Assembly: GCF_032444005.1 (NCBI RefSeq)
Contig: NW_027193546.1
Location: 744,001-808,000 of the forward strand
Length of the DNA: 64,000 nt
Reading direction: 5' to 3'
Origin: Ranitomeya imitator
Lineage: Eukaryota
Part shown: in pieces, positions 12,487-23,744 of the stretch
Layout of the letters: the number at the start of each line of letters is the position of its first letter
How positions within the stretch are numbered: position 1 is the stretch's first letter
Made by a program: the position numbers and the translations under genes
Notes under the pieces: generated by a model
What the model saw: the letters and a program-made list of their open reading frames with translations, nothing else
Database searches by the model: none
Told to the model about the DNA's origin: nothing

Positions 12487-13164
12487 GCTCTGGTGCCCCA
12501 TGTAATGAAAGTTTTCCCCAGGAGGGCGGTGGTAAAGATGTTTACTAACTTGCTAAGGAATGGTCGCATGCAAAAACTCCAAGACTCGGACACCGTGCTG
12601 TCCCAGATTTTGGAGATGACGTGCAATGACTTGGATTGGGAGGTGAAGGTGAACGCATTGGACCTGGCACATTCCTATATGTCCCACACATTGGAGATGG
12701 GACCGTCCCTAACGTGCCCTTACACTATAGGGCTGCCATCTAGCAGAAGCTCAGGTTCCATCTCCGACGCTCTGGTTACATGTGAATGAGTCGGGCTTTT
12801 TCCGGCCTTATTGACTTGTCTGTGTGACTGTGACCGGTCAGTGGCATCAAAGGCGTGTGAAATCCTTCTCGCTGTGAAGCCCAAACTGTGCAATGGGGAC
12901 ACTGATCCCTCCGAAGAGTATGGAAGAGACTGGCTGGAGCACACGATAAAAGAGAAGCAAATGGCAGGCGGGGACGGTGCTGGGGACCGGCAGGGTCGCC
13001 CACCAGAATGGGCCACTGGGGTCATAAAGAAGATGGATTTGGATAACATAAAATGTTCCCTGCCGAAATACAGCGATTATGTACACGAGACTCCCCTGTC
13101 ACTGCTGCAGGACGTCAAAGCCACCTTATGGGGGGAAGAAATGCACGATGCAGATTGCTACTGA
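12487..13164 (+). pseudogene. BRAT1: BRAT1 terminal coding exon, pseudo-copy type a
   Basis: Translates GFPRRAV (here VFPRRAV)..DLDWEV..CPY..LP..VGLF..DCDR.VA..SLLQD..ADCY*, matching the BRAT1 C-terminus as recalled. Preceded by acceptor tgtgtccttcctacag; in-frame TGA at 12787-12789. Confidence 0.88.
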
Positions 13165-13799
13165 TGCGGAAGTTTAAGGGACTTTTCTGCTGCAGATCTC
13201 ATTGCGGAAATGCCTTTTGTGCTGTGATTTGTAGTGGATCCAACCTGTTTTTTTCCTACAGTGTCCTACTGGGACCCAGAAGCCCTCCTGGCCATCCGAC
13301 AGCTACTCAGGCCCCAATTTCGAAGAAGCACGTCCTGGTTATAAGAAAGCAAATGCCTTTGGCACTATAGAGGGTGATGTAGTAGGGATTATTTTTCTAT
13401 TTTGGTTTGCTTCCAGTACAGTTTTCACATTAAATCAGAACAATTAAAGAAAACAAACAAAAAAAAAAACACGGCACATTAACGTAATTTTGAATTAAAG
13501 CATAACATTTTATATAAACAATGCATAAAAATGTGTCTTTCTGGGTTGTGATTGGTACATGAGGTAATGGCATAAATTAACATTCAATCACCTGATGTTG
13601 ATATGATGAAAAATCTCTCCTAATTTCACTTGCTGCTTTCAACCGTGTATTGGGATTAACTGTGGGGGCATCATACATTGTGGAGAGTATGATCCACTCT
13701 GATCTGGCATGGTCATGACAATAGTCGGGATACCTGCCGCTACAGGGAAGGAAATTGTATATAATAAAGAAGCTGGAAAAATAATTGCAGAAACTGTAC

Positions 13800-13945
13800 A
13801 ATGGGCGGGAAATTCAAACTTCCCAACAGTTCTGTGTTCAGCCAATCAGCAGAGGAAGGGAGGAGCTAATGATTCTGTAAGCCCCGCCCCGGATAGCGTC
13901 ATCTCTCCAGTTCTCTCTCTGGTCCATTCTTCCTCCATATAAAGG
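13800..13945 (+). promoter_or_regulatory. H4 promoter: GCGGGAAATTCAAA element, CCAAT, GC box, GGTCC, TATA
   Basis: gcgggaaattcaaa 13805-13818, ccaat 13842, GC box about 13881-13890, ggtcc 13921, tataaa 13938. Repeated upstream of the H4 copies at 27430 and 42015. Confidence 0.75.
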
Positions 13946-13985
13946 AGCAGTCCCTGAGGCTCAGGAATCAGTTTTTGCTCATTGA

Positions 13986-14306
<321 letters not shown>

Positions 14307-14336
14307 TTGTGTTCTCTTCTGTCCTCACAACCCAAA

Positions 14337-14352
14337 GGCTCTTTTCAGAGCC
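14337..14352 (+). terminator. Histone 3' stem-loop (H4) followed by ACCCA and a purine-rich HDE
   Basis: GGCTCTTTTCAGAGCC-ACCCA...AAGTGAGGGCTG. Confidence 0.97.
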
Positions 14353-14946
14353 ACCCACATCTTCTAAGTGAGGGCTGCACCTGACTGCTAGGATCTGATT
14401 TCTCTGCTTTGGTGATGTCGCTGTAATGTTAGAACACTCATCGGTGCCAACGTTACGCTCCGAATACTGAATAGTCCCAAGGATATCCTGACGTGGAAAG
14501 ATTAAACGGCTTACCCGAAGCAGATCCCTCTACAGCTCTAATCAGGGGGGTGTTCAGGGCGGTTTCCAAATGTAGGTTAATATTCTGTCTAGACATTTAA
14601 TATCCTGTTCTTATTGGGCGCTGATTAGTAGATTTATGGGGGATATATATCCGCACTGGGCCGCAGTGATAATTTCCTGATCAGATCCGTGTACAGGGAA
14701 TGTGGCTGTAGGAGGCAGCTGGATAGATGGACGCCCTGTGTGTCATCACATAGGGTACGGCGACTCCTATGTGATGACCACGTCCTGGACACTAATGTTT
14801 CGGGTGGATGGCGCCTCTGAAGACTATTATAACCTCCTCAGAATAATGATGGGCTGTTTGAGGTCTGATAGCCACGGCTGCGCGTTTTGAGGTCCTGTCA
14901 TGTATTTATATATATCCGGTGTGTGCAGTGTATGGGGGGACACAGG

Positions 14947-17466
14947 TGTACTCTCTCTAGTTCCATTATATCCTTCCTGAGCACCGGTGCCCAAAACTGG
15001 ACACAGTACTCCATGTGCGGTCTAACTAGGGATTTGTACAGAGGCAGTATAATGCTCTCATCATGTGTATCCAGACCTCTTTTAATGCACCCCATGATCC
15101 TGTTTGCCTTGGCAGCTGCTGCCTGGCACTGGCTGCTCCAGGTAAGTTTATCATTAACTAGGATCCCCAAGTCCTTCTCCCTGTCAGATTTACCCAGTGG
15201 TTTCCCGTTCAGTGTGTAATGGTGATATTGATTCCCTCTTCCCATGTGTATAACCTTACATTTATCATTGTTAAACCTCATCTGCCACCTTTCAGCCCAA
15301 GTTTCCAACTTATCCAGATCCATCTGTAGCAGAATACTATCTTCTCTTGTATTAACTGCTTTACATAGTTTTGTATCATCTGCAAATATCGATATTTTAC
15401 TGTGTAAACCTTCTACCAGATCATTAATGAATATGTTGAAGAGAACAGGTCCCAATACTGACCCCTGCGGTACCCCACTGGTCACAGCGACCCAGTTAGA
15501 GACTATACCATTTATAACCACCCTCTGCTTTCTATCACTAAGCCAGTTACTAACCCATTTACACACATTTTCCCCCAGACCAAGCATTCTCATTTTGTGT
15601 ACCAACCTCTTGTGCGGCACGGTATCAAACGCTTTGGAAAAATCGAGATATACCACGTCCAATGACTCACCGTGGTCCAGTCTATAGCTTACCTCTTCAT
15701 AAAAACTGATTAGATTGGTTTGACAGGAGCGAGTTCTCATAAACCCATGCTGATATGGAGTTAAACAGTTATTCTCATTGAGATAATCCAGAATAACATC
15801 CCTCAGAAACCCTTCAAATATTTTACCAACAATAGAGGTTAGACTTACTGGCCTATAATTTCCAGGTTCACTTTTAGAGCCCTTTTTGAATATTGGCACC
15901 ACATTTGCTATGCGCCAGTCCTGCGGAACAGACCCTGTCGCTATAGAGTCACTAAAAATAAGAAATAATGGTTTATCTATTACATTACTTAGTTCTCTTA
16001 GTACTCGTGGGTGTATGCCATCCGGACCTGGAGATTTATCTATTTTAATCTTATTTAGCCGGTTTCGCACCTCTTCTTGGGTTAGATTGGTGACTCTTAA
16101 TATAGGGTTTTCATTGTTTCTTGGGATTTCACCTAGCATTTCATTTTCCACCGTGAATACCGTGGAGAAGAAGGTGTTTAATATGTTAGCTTTTTCCTCG
16201 TCATCTACAACCATTCTTTCCTCACTATTTTTTAAGGGGCCTACATTTTCAGTTTTTATTCTTTTACTATTGAACAGTTTGGGATTAGTTTTACTCTCCT
16301 TAGCAATGTGCTTCTCTGTTTCCTTTTTGGCAGCTTTAATTAGTTTTTTAGATAAAGTATTTTTCTCCCTATAGTTTTGTAGAGCTTCAATGGTGCCATC
16401 CTGCTTTAGTAGTGCAAATGCTTTCTTTTTACTGTTAATTGCCTGTCTTACTTCTTTGTTTAGCCACATTGGGTTTTTCCTATTTCTAGTCCTTTTATTC
16501 CCACAAGGTATAAACCGCTTACACTGCCTATTTAGGATGTTCTTAAACATTTCCCATTTATTATCTGTATTCTCATTTCTGAGGATATTGTCCCAGTCTA
16601 CCAGATTAAGGGCATCTCTAAGCTGTTCAAACTTTGCCTTCCTAAAGTTCAGTGTTTTTGTGACTCCCTGACAAGTCCCCCTAGTGAAAGACAGGTGAAA
16701 CTGCACAATATTGTGGTCGCTATTTCCTAAATGCCCAACCACCTGCAGATTTGTTATTCTGTCAGGTCTATTAGATAGTATTAGGTCTAAAAGTGCTGCT
16801 CCTCTGGTTGGATTCTGCACCAATTGTGAAAGATAATTTTTCTTGGTTATTAGCAGAAACCTGTTGCCTTTATGGGTTTCACAGGTTTCTGTTTCCCAGT
16901 TAATATCCGGGTAGTTAAAGTCCCCCATAACCAGGACCTCATTATGGGTTGCAGCTTCATCTATTTGCTTTAGAAGTAGACTTTCCATGGTTTCTGTTAT
17001 ATTTGGGGGTTTGTAACAGACCCCAATGAGAATTTTGTTACCATTTTTCCCTCCATGAATTTCGACCCATATGGACTCGACATCCTCATTCCCTTCGCTA
17101 ATATCCTCCCTTAAAGTGGACTTTAGACAAGACTTTACATAGAGACAAACCCCTCCTCCTCTCCGATTTTTACGATCCTTTCTAAACAGACTGTAACCCT
17201 GTAAGTTAACTGCCCAGTCATAGCTTTCATCTAACCATGTCTCGGTTATTCCCACTATGTCAAAGTTACCTGTAGATATTTCTGCTTCTAGTTCTTCCAT
17301 CTTGTTTGTCAGGCTTCTGGCGTTTGCGAGCATGCAGTTTAGAGGATTTTGTTTTGTTCCAATCTCCTCACTGTGGATTGTTTTAGAAATGTTCTTACCT
17401 CCCTTCTGAGTATGTTTTCCTGGGTCGTCTTTGTTCGAGTCTAATGTTTTTCTTCCCGTCCCCTCT
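14947..17466 (-). mobile_element. CR1-type LINE ORF2 (APE endonuclease + RT), lacking ORF1 and the 3' end
   Basis: ANARSL, ITETWL, MGDFN.PDI, LDLIL, SDHN endonuclease motifs; SGVPQGSVLGP and FADD RT motifs. Stops at ELERV and is joined to host sequence through a tgt microhomology. Confidence 0.93.
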
Positions 17467-17469
17467 TCT

Positions 17470-20400
17470 GGTGGTGGCACTGATCATACAGCTCTGCGGG
17501 GAGGAGGAGGTGGCTCTGATCATACAGCTCTGCGGGGAGGAGGAGGTGGCACTGATCATACAGCTCTGCGGGGAGGAGGTGGTGGCACTGATCATACAGC
17601 TCTGCGGGGAGGAGGTGGTGGCACTGATCATACAGCTCTGCGGGGAGGAGGTGGTGGCACTGATTATACAGCTCTGCGGGGAGAGGGTGGTGGCTCTGAT
17701 CATACAGCTCTGCGGGGAGGAGGTGGTGGCTCTGATCATACAGCTCTGCGGGGTGGAGGTGGTGGCACTGATTATACAGCTCTGCGGGGAGGAAGTGGTG
17801 GCTCTGATCATACAGCTCTGCGGGGGAGAAGGTGGTGGCACTGATCATACAGCTCTGCGGGGTGGAGGTGATTTCTCTGATCATACAGCTCTGCAGGGAG
17901 GAGTAGGTGGTGGCACTGATGATACAGCTCTGCGGGGAGGAGGTGGTGGCACTGATCATACAGCTCTGCGGGGTGGAGGTGATTTCTCTGATCATACAAC
18001 TCTGCGGGGAGGAGGAGGTGGCACTGATCATACAGCTCTGCAGGGAGGAGGTGTTGGCACTGATCATACAGCTCTGCGGGGAGGAGGTGGTGGCACTGTT
18101 CATACAGCTCTGCGGGGAGGAGGTGGTGGCACTGATTATACAGCTCTGCGGGGAGAGGGTGGTGGCTCTGATCATACAGCTCTGCGGGGAGGAGGTGGTG
18201 GCTCTGATCATACAGCTCTGCGGGGTGGAGGTGATTTCTCTGATCATACAGCTCTGCGGGGTGGAGGTGGTGGCACTGATTATACAGCTCTGCGGGGAGG
18301 AAGTGGTGGCTCTGATCATACAGCTCTGCGGGGGAGAAGGTGGTGGCACTGATCATACAGCTCTGCGGGGTGGAGGTGATTTCTCTGATCATACAGCTCT
18401 GCAGGGAGGAGTAGATGGTGGCACTGATGATACAGCTCTGCGGGGAGGAGGTGGTGGCACTGATCATACAGCTCTGCGGGGTGGAGGTGATTTATCTGAT
18501 CATACAGCTCTGCAGGGAGGAGTAGGTGGTGGCACTGATGATACAGCTCTGCGGGGAGGAGGTGGTGGCACTGATCATACAGCTCTGCGGGGAGGAGGTG
18601 GTGGCTCTGATCATACAGCTCTGCGGGGAGGAGGTGGTGGCTCTGATCATGCAGCTCTGCGGGGAGGAGGTGGTGGCACTGATCATACAGCTGTGCGGGG
18701 AGGAGGTGGTGGCACTGATCATACAGCTCTGCGGGGAGGAGGTGGTGGCTCTGATCATACAGCTCTGCGGGGAGGAGGTGGTGGTACTGATCATACAGCT
18801 GTGCGGGGAGGATGTGATTTCTCTGATCATACAGCTCTGCAGGGAGGAGGTGGTGGCTCTGATCATACAGCTCTGCGGGGAGGAGGAGGTGGCACTGATC
18901 ATACAGCTCTGCGGGGAGGAGGTGGTGGCACTGATCATACAGCTCTGCGGGGAGGAGGTGGTGGCACTGATCATACAGCTCTGCGGGGAGGAGGTGGTGG
19001 CACTGATCATACAGCTCTGCGGGGAGGAGGAGGTGGCACTGATCATACAGCTCTGCGGGGAGGAGGTGGTGGCACTGATCATACAGCTCTGCGGGGAGGA
19101 GGTGGTGGCACTGATCATACAGCTCTGCGGGGAGGAGGAGGTGGCACTGATCATACAGCTCTGCGGGGAGGAAGTGGTGGCACTGATCATACAGCTCTGC
19201 GGGGAGGAGGTGGTGGCACTGATCATACAGCTCTGCGGGGAGGAGGTGGTGGCACTGATCATACAGCTCTGCGGGGAGGAGGTGGTGGCACTGATCGTAC
19301 AGCTCTGCGGGGAGGAGGTGGTGGCACTGATCATACAGCTCTGCAGGGAGGAGGTGGTGGCACTGATCATACAGCTCTGCGGGGAGAAGGTGTTGGCACT
19401 GATCATACAGCTCTCCGGGGAGGAGGTGATTTCTCTGATCATACAGCTCTGCAGGGAGGAGGAGGTTATGGCTCTGATCATACAGGTCTGAGGGGAGTAG
19501 GTGGTGGCTCTGATCATACAGCTCTGCGGGGAGAGGGTGGTGGCACTGATCATACAGCTCTGCGGGGAGGAGGTGATGGCTCTGATCCTACAGCTCTGCG
19601 GGGAGAATGTGGTGGCTCTGATCATACAGCTCTGCGGGGAGAAGGTGGTGGCACTGATCATACGGCTCTCCGGGGAGGAGGTGATTTCTCTGATCACACA
19701 GCTCTGCAGGGAGGAGGTGGTGGCTCTGATCATACAGCTCTGCGGAGAGGAGGTGGTGGCTCTGATCATGCAGCTCTGCGGGGAGGAGGTGGTGGCACTG
19801 ATCATACAGCTCTGCAGGGAGGAGGTGGTGGTACTGATCATACAGCTCTGCGGGGAGGAGGTGGTGGCTCTGATCATACAGCTCTGCGGGGAGGAGGTGG
19901 TGGTACCGATCATACAGCTGTGCGGGGAGGAGGTGATTTCTCTGATCATACAGCTCTGCAGGGAGGAGGTGGTGTCTCTGATCATACAGCTCTGCGGGGA
20001 GGAGGTGGTGGCTCTGATCATACAGCTCTGCGGGGAGGAGGAGGTGGCACTGATCATACAGCTCTGCGGGGAGGAGGTGGTGGCACTGATCATACAGCTC
20101 TGCGGGGAGGAGGTGGTGGCACTGATCATACAGCTCTGCGGGGAGGAGGTGGTGGCACTGATCATACAGCTCTGCGGGGAGGAGGAGGTGGCTCTGATCA
20201 TACAGCTCTGCGGGGAGGAGGAGGTGGCACTGATCATACAGCTCTGCGGGGAGGAGGTGGTGGCACTGATCATACAGCTCTGCGGGGAGGAGGTGGTGGC
20301 ACTGATCATACAGCTCTGCGGGGAGGAGGTGGTGGCACTGATTATACAGCTCTGCGGGGAGAGGGTGGTGGCTCTGATCATACAGCTCTGCGGGGAGGAG

Positions 20401-21858
20401 GTGGTGGCTCTGATCATACAGCTCTGCGGGGTGGAGGTGATTTCTCTGATCATACAGCTCTGCGGGGTGGAGGTGGTGGCACTGATTATACAGCTCTGCG
20501 GGGAGGAAGTGGTGGCTCTGATCATACAGCTCTGCGGGGGAGAAGGTGGTGGCACTGATCATACAGCTCTGCGGGGTGGAGGTGATTTCTCTGATCATAC
20601 AGCTCTGCAGGGAGGAGAAGGTGGTGGCACTGATGATACAGCTCTGCGGGGAGGAGGTGGTGGCACTGATCATACAGCTCTGCGGGGTGGAGGTGATTTC
20701 TCTGATCATACAGCTCTGCAGGGAGGAGTAGGTGGTGGCACTGATGATACAGCTCTGCGGGGAGGAGGTGGTGGCACTGATCATACAGCTCTGCGGGGAG
20801 GAGGTGGTGGCTCTGATCATACAGCTCTGCGGGGAGGAGGTGGTGGCTCTGATCATGCAGCTCTGCGGGGAGGAGTTGGTGGCACTGATCATACAGCTGT
20901 GCGGGGAGGAGGTGGTGGCACTGATCATACAGCTCTGCGGGGAGGAGGTGGTGGCTCTGATCATACAGCTCTGCGGGGAGGAGGTGGTGGTACTGATCAT
21001 ACAGCTGTGCGGGGAGGAGGTGATTTCTCTGATCATACAGCTCTGCAGGGAAGAGGTGGTGGCTCTGATCATACAGCTCTGCGGGGAGGAGGAGGTGGCA
21101 CTGATCATACAGCTCTGCGGGGAGGAGGTGGTGGCACTGATCATACAGCTCTGCGGGGAGGAGGTGGTGGCACTGATCATACAGCTCTGCGGGGAGGAGG
21201 TGGTGGCACTGATCATACAGCTCTGCGGGGAGGAGGAGGTGGCACTGATCATACAGCTCTGCGGGGAGGAGGTGGTGGCACTGATCATACAGCTCTGCGG
21301 GGAGGAGGTGGTGGCACTGATCATACAGCTCTGCGGGGAGGAGGTGATTTCTCTGATCATACAGCTCTGCAGGGAGGAGGTGGTGGTACTGATCATACAG
21401 CTGTGCGGGGAGGAGGTGATTTCTCTGATCATACAGCTCTGCAGGGAGGAGGTGGTGGCACTGATCATACAGCTCTGCGGGGAGGAGGTGGTGGCACTGA
21501 TCATACAGCTCTGCGGGGAGGAGGTGGTGGCACTGATCATACAGCTCTGCGGGGAGGAGGTGGTGGCACTGATCATACAGCTCTGCGGGGAGGAGGTGAT
21601 TTCTCTGATCATACAGCTCTGCAGTGAGGAGGTGGTGGCTCTGATCATACATCTCTGCGGGGAGGAGGTGGTGGCTCTGATCATACAGCTCTGCGGGGAG
21701 GAGGAGGTGGCACTGATCATACAGCTCTGCGGGGAGGAGATGGTGGCTCTGATCATACAGCTCTGCGGGGAGGAGGTGGTGGCACTGATCATACAGCTCT
21801 GCGGGGAGGAGGTGGTGGCACTGATCATACAGCTCTGCGGGGAGGAGGTGGTGGCTCT
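17470..21858 (-). repeat. 36-bp minisatellite derived from the H1 3'-processing signal (about 120 units by length/36)
   Basis: Plus-strand unit ggcactgatcatacagctctgcggggaggaggtggt; contiguous with the H1 stem-loop. Confidence 0.97.
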
Positions 21859-21868
21859 TATAAGAGCC
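21853..21868 (-). terminator. Histone 3' stem-loop (H1)
   Basis: AAA-GGCTCTTATAAGAGCC-ACCAC on the minus strand, about 30 nt after the stop codon. Confidence 0.97.
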
Positions 21869-21896
21869 TTTGTGGTAACAGAACAGGGGCTGCAGC

Positions 21897-22532
21897 TTAT
21901 TTCTTAGCCGCGGGCTTCTTGGCTTTCGCAGCCTTCTTAGCCGGACTCTTGGCGGGTTTGGCCGCCTTCTTAGCCGGACTCTTCGTCACCTTCTTGGGCT
22001 TGGGAGCGGCTTTCGGCTTTTTGGGGCTCTTGGCCGCTTTCTTGGCCGCTGCGGGCTTCTTGGCCGTTTTCGGGCTCTTCTTGGCCGCAGTCGGAGCCTT
22101 CTTGGGCTTCTTCGGAGATTTGGCGGCTTTCTTGGCAGCAGCGGGTTTCTTAGGTTTGGCCGCAGCTGCTGGCTTCGTCTTGGCCACTTTGTCCTTCGTC
22201 TCCTGCTTCTTGTTCAGCTTGAAGGACCCGGAGGCGCCGCTGCCTTTCACCTGGAGGAGGGCGCCCTTGGTGACCAGAGCCTTGACGGCCAGCTTCAGGC
22301 GGCTGTTGTTCTTCTCTACATCGTATCCTCCAGCAGACAGAGCCTTCTTCAGGGCGGCCAGAGACACCCCGCTGCGCTCCTTGGAGGCGGACACGGCTTT
22401 CACGATCAGCTCGGAGACGCTGGGGCCGGAGGGTTTATTGCTCTTCTTGGCAGCAGATTTCTTCGGCTGCTTCTTGGATTTGGCGGCCGGTTCTGCGGGA
22501 GGGGGAGCGGCGGCTGGCGCGGTCTCTGCCAT
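21897..22532 (-). CDS. H1: Linker histone H1 (211 aa)
   Basis: MAETAPAAA; globular domain [47 protein letters not shown]; K/A/P-rich tail. CCAAT and GC boxes upstream. Confidence 0.98.
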   Translation of the reverse strand: MAETAPAAAPPPAEPAAKSKKQPKKSAAKKSNKPSGPSVSELIVKAVSASKERSGVSLAALKKALSAGGYDVEKNNSRLKLAVKALVTKGALLQVKGSGASGSFKLNKKQETKDKVAKTKPAAAAKPKKPAAAKKAAKSPKKPKKAPTAAKKSPKTAKKPAAAKKAAKSPKKPKAAPKPKKVTKSPAKKAAKPAKSPAKKAAKAKKPAAKK

Positions 22533-23536
22533 CATATGCTGCTGACGCAAAATGAAAATATTTCCTGATAGGAAGGAAAACACTGAGGCCGGAGCTGGAG
22601 GCGCCTGTTATATGTACAGGCTTACTGCGCACTGATTGGCTGCTGAGCAGCACCGTCCTGAGCTTCTATTGGCTGACACTGGACACAGGCCCCGCCCCCT
22701 CCCAGCTGAGTCCGAGTGAAGCTCCGCTCTCCCCTTGTGCTTCCCTGCCCTGGATAAAAGCCCTTTACCGGCTAACACCGGACAGCAGAGCGCGATTCCT
22801 CCGTCGCCTCCCCTTCTCCAACATCTCCACCGGCCATTTGTAGCCGTCACTAGCAGAGATGCCGGGAAAGAGCGGAGAGGAAATCCCGGGATCATCGCCG
22901 CCGTCCTCCCGATCTGCACATCACTGTGTATCCGGGGAGATAAATCTGCTGCGGGAGCTCGTTCCTCCTATTCCCGGCTCCTGTCACCATCACAGGGATC
23001 TTTACTCCTATGTCTATCGCACAGGAAGCTGATTGTACGATGTGGGGACGAGCTGGAGCTGCTGACAACCCAGAAGGGTAACACAGGCGACGGCCTCCGC
23101 TGACTGCCACCTCCCTGACCTGTGGTGTCACTGTACCCCGTATGTGCAGAGGATTGGGGGGACACGTGTTCCACACCAGTAGATGATCCACATCGGTGGC
23201 TGATTGCAATCACCTGCCTGATATCGTGTCTTACCCAGTGTGAAGCTGTGACCGCTGCGGCATGTCATGGTGCGAAGAGCTCTGATGAGGCGACAGCTGC
23301 ACACTGCGACTCCCCAACCAAACACATAAACATCTCCGGGGAGAAAACTGAAATATTAATGGATTTATGTGACCCCCACTATTGTGTAAAAGGGGAATAT
23401 TGGGAGAAAAGCGGAGACACAAAATCCAGCGTCTACACAGAGAACACAGCTGTACATAGTATATATAGTGCACAACATCACATCTGCACAGCCCAGATCA
23501 GCAGTGTAATAAGTGTCACTGATACTAGAGGAGAGG

Positions 23537-23744
23537 GTACAGTATATACAGCAGAGTGTACAGTATATACAGCAGAGTACACAGTATATAGAGCAGAGTG
23601 TACAGTATATACAGCAGTGTGCACAGTATATAGAGCCAGTGTGTACAGTACATACAGCAGTGTGTACAGTATATAGAGCAGTGTGTAAAGTATATACAGC
23701 AGTGTGTACAATTTATAGACCAGAGTGTACAGTATATAGAGCAG
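23537..23744. repeat. 21-bp minisatellite (about 10 units) followed by a CT-rich tract to about 24122
   Basis: Unit gtacagtatatacagcagagt. Confidence 0.9.

Noticed and set aside
12472-13164. BRAT1 as a functional gene or processed retrocopy
   Set aside because: Only the last exon is present, an in-frame stop is shared by all copies, the intronic acceptor is retained, and there is no poly(A)/TSD signature.
14898-17480. 860-aa ORF as an autonomous active LINE or domesticated gene
   Set aside because: Its start comes from the minisatellite, ORF1 and the RT C-terminus/3' tail are missing, and the two copies arise from segmental duplication rather than transposition.
17470-21858. 36-bp repeats as a CRISPR array
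   Set aside because: Units are head-to-tail with no unique spacers, there are no cas genes, and the context is eukaryotic.
21853-21868. H1 hairpin is a perfect palindrome with a TATA loop
   Set aside because: The stem is canonical and loop positions 1 and 3 are still U, so it fits known SLBP-binding variation.
21919-22545. Hydrophobic antisense ORFs over H1 (also 36477..37103) and antisense ORFs over H3 and CR1
   Set aside because: Shadow frames caused by Lys/Ala codon bias and GC3-rich coding on the other strand.
22533-22583. N-terminal extension [17 protein letters not shown] of H1
   Set aside because: The alternative start lies in the 5' UTR close to the TATA; H1 proteins begin at MAETAP/MSETAP.
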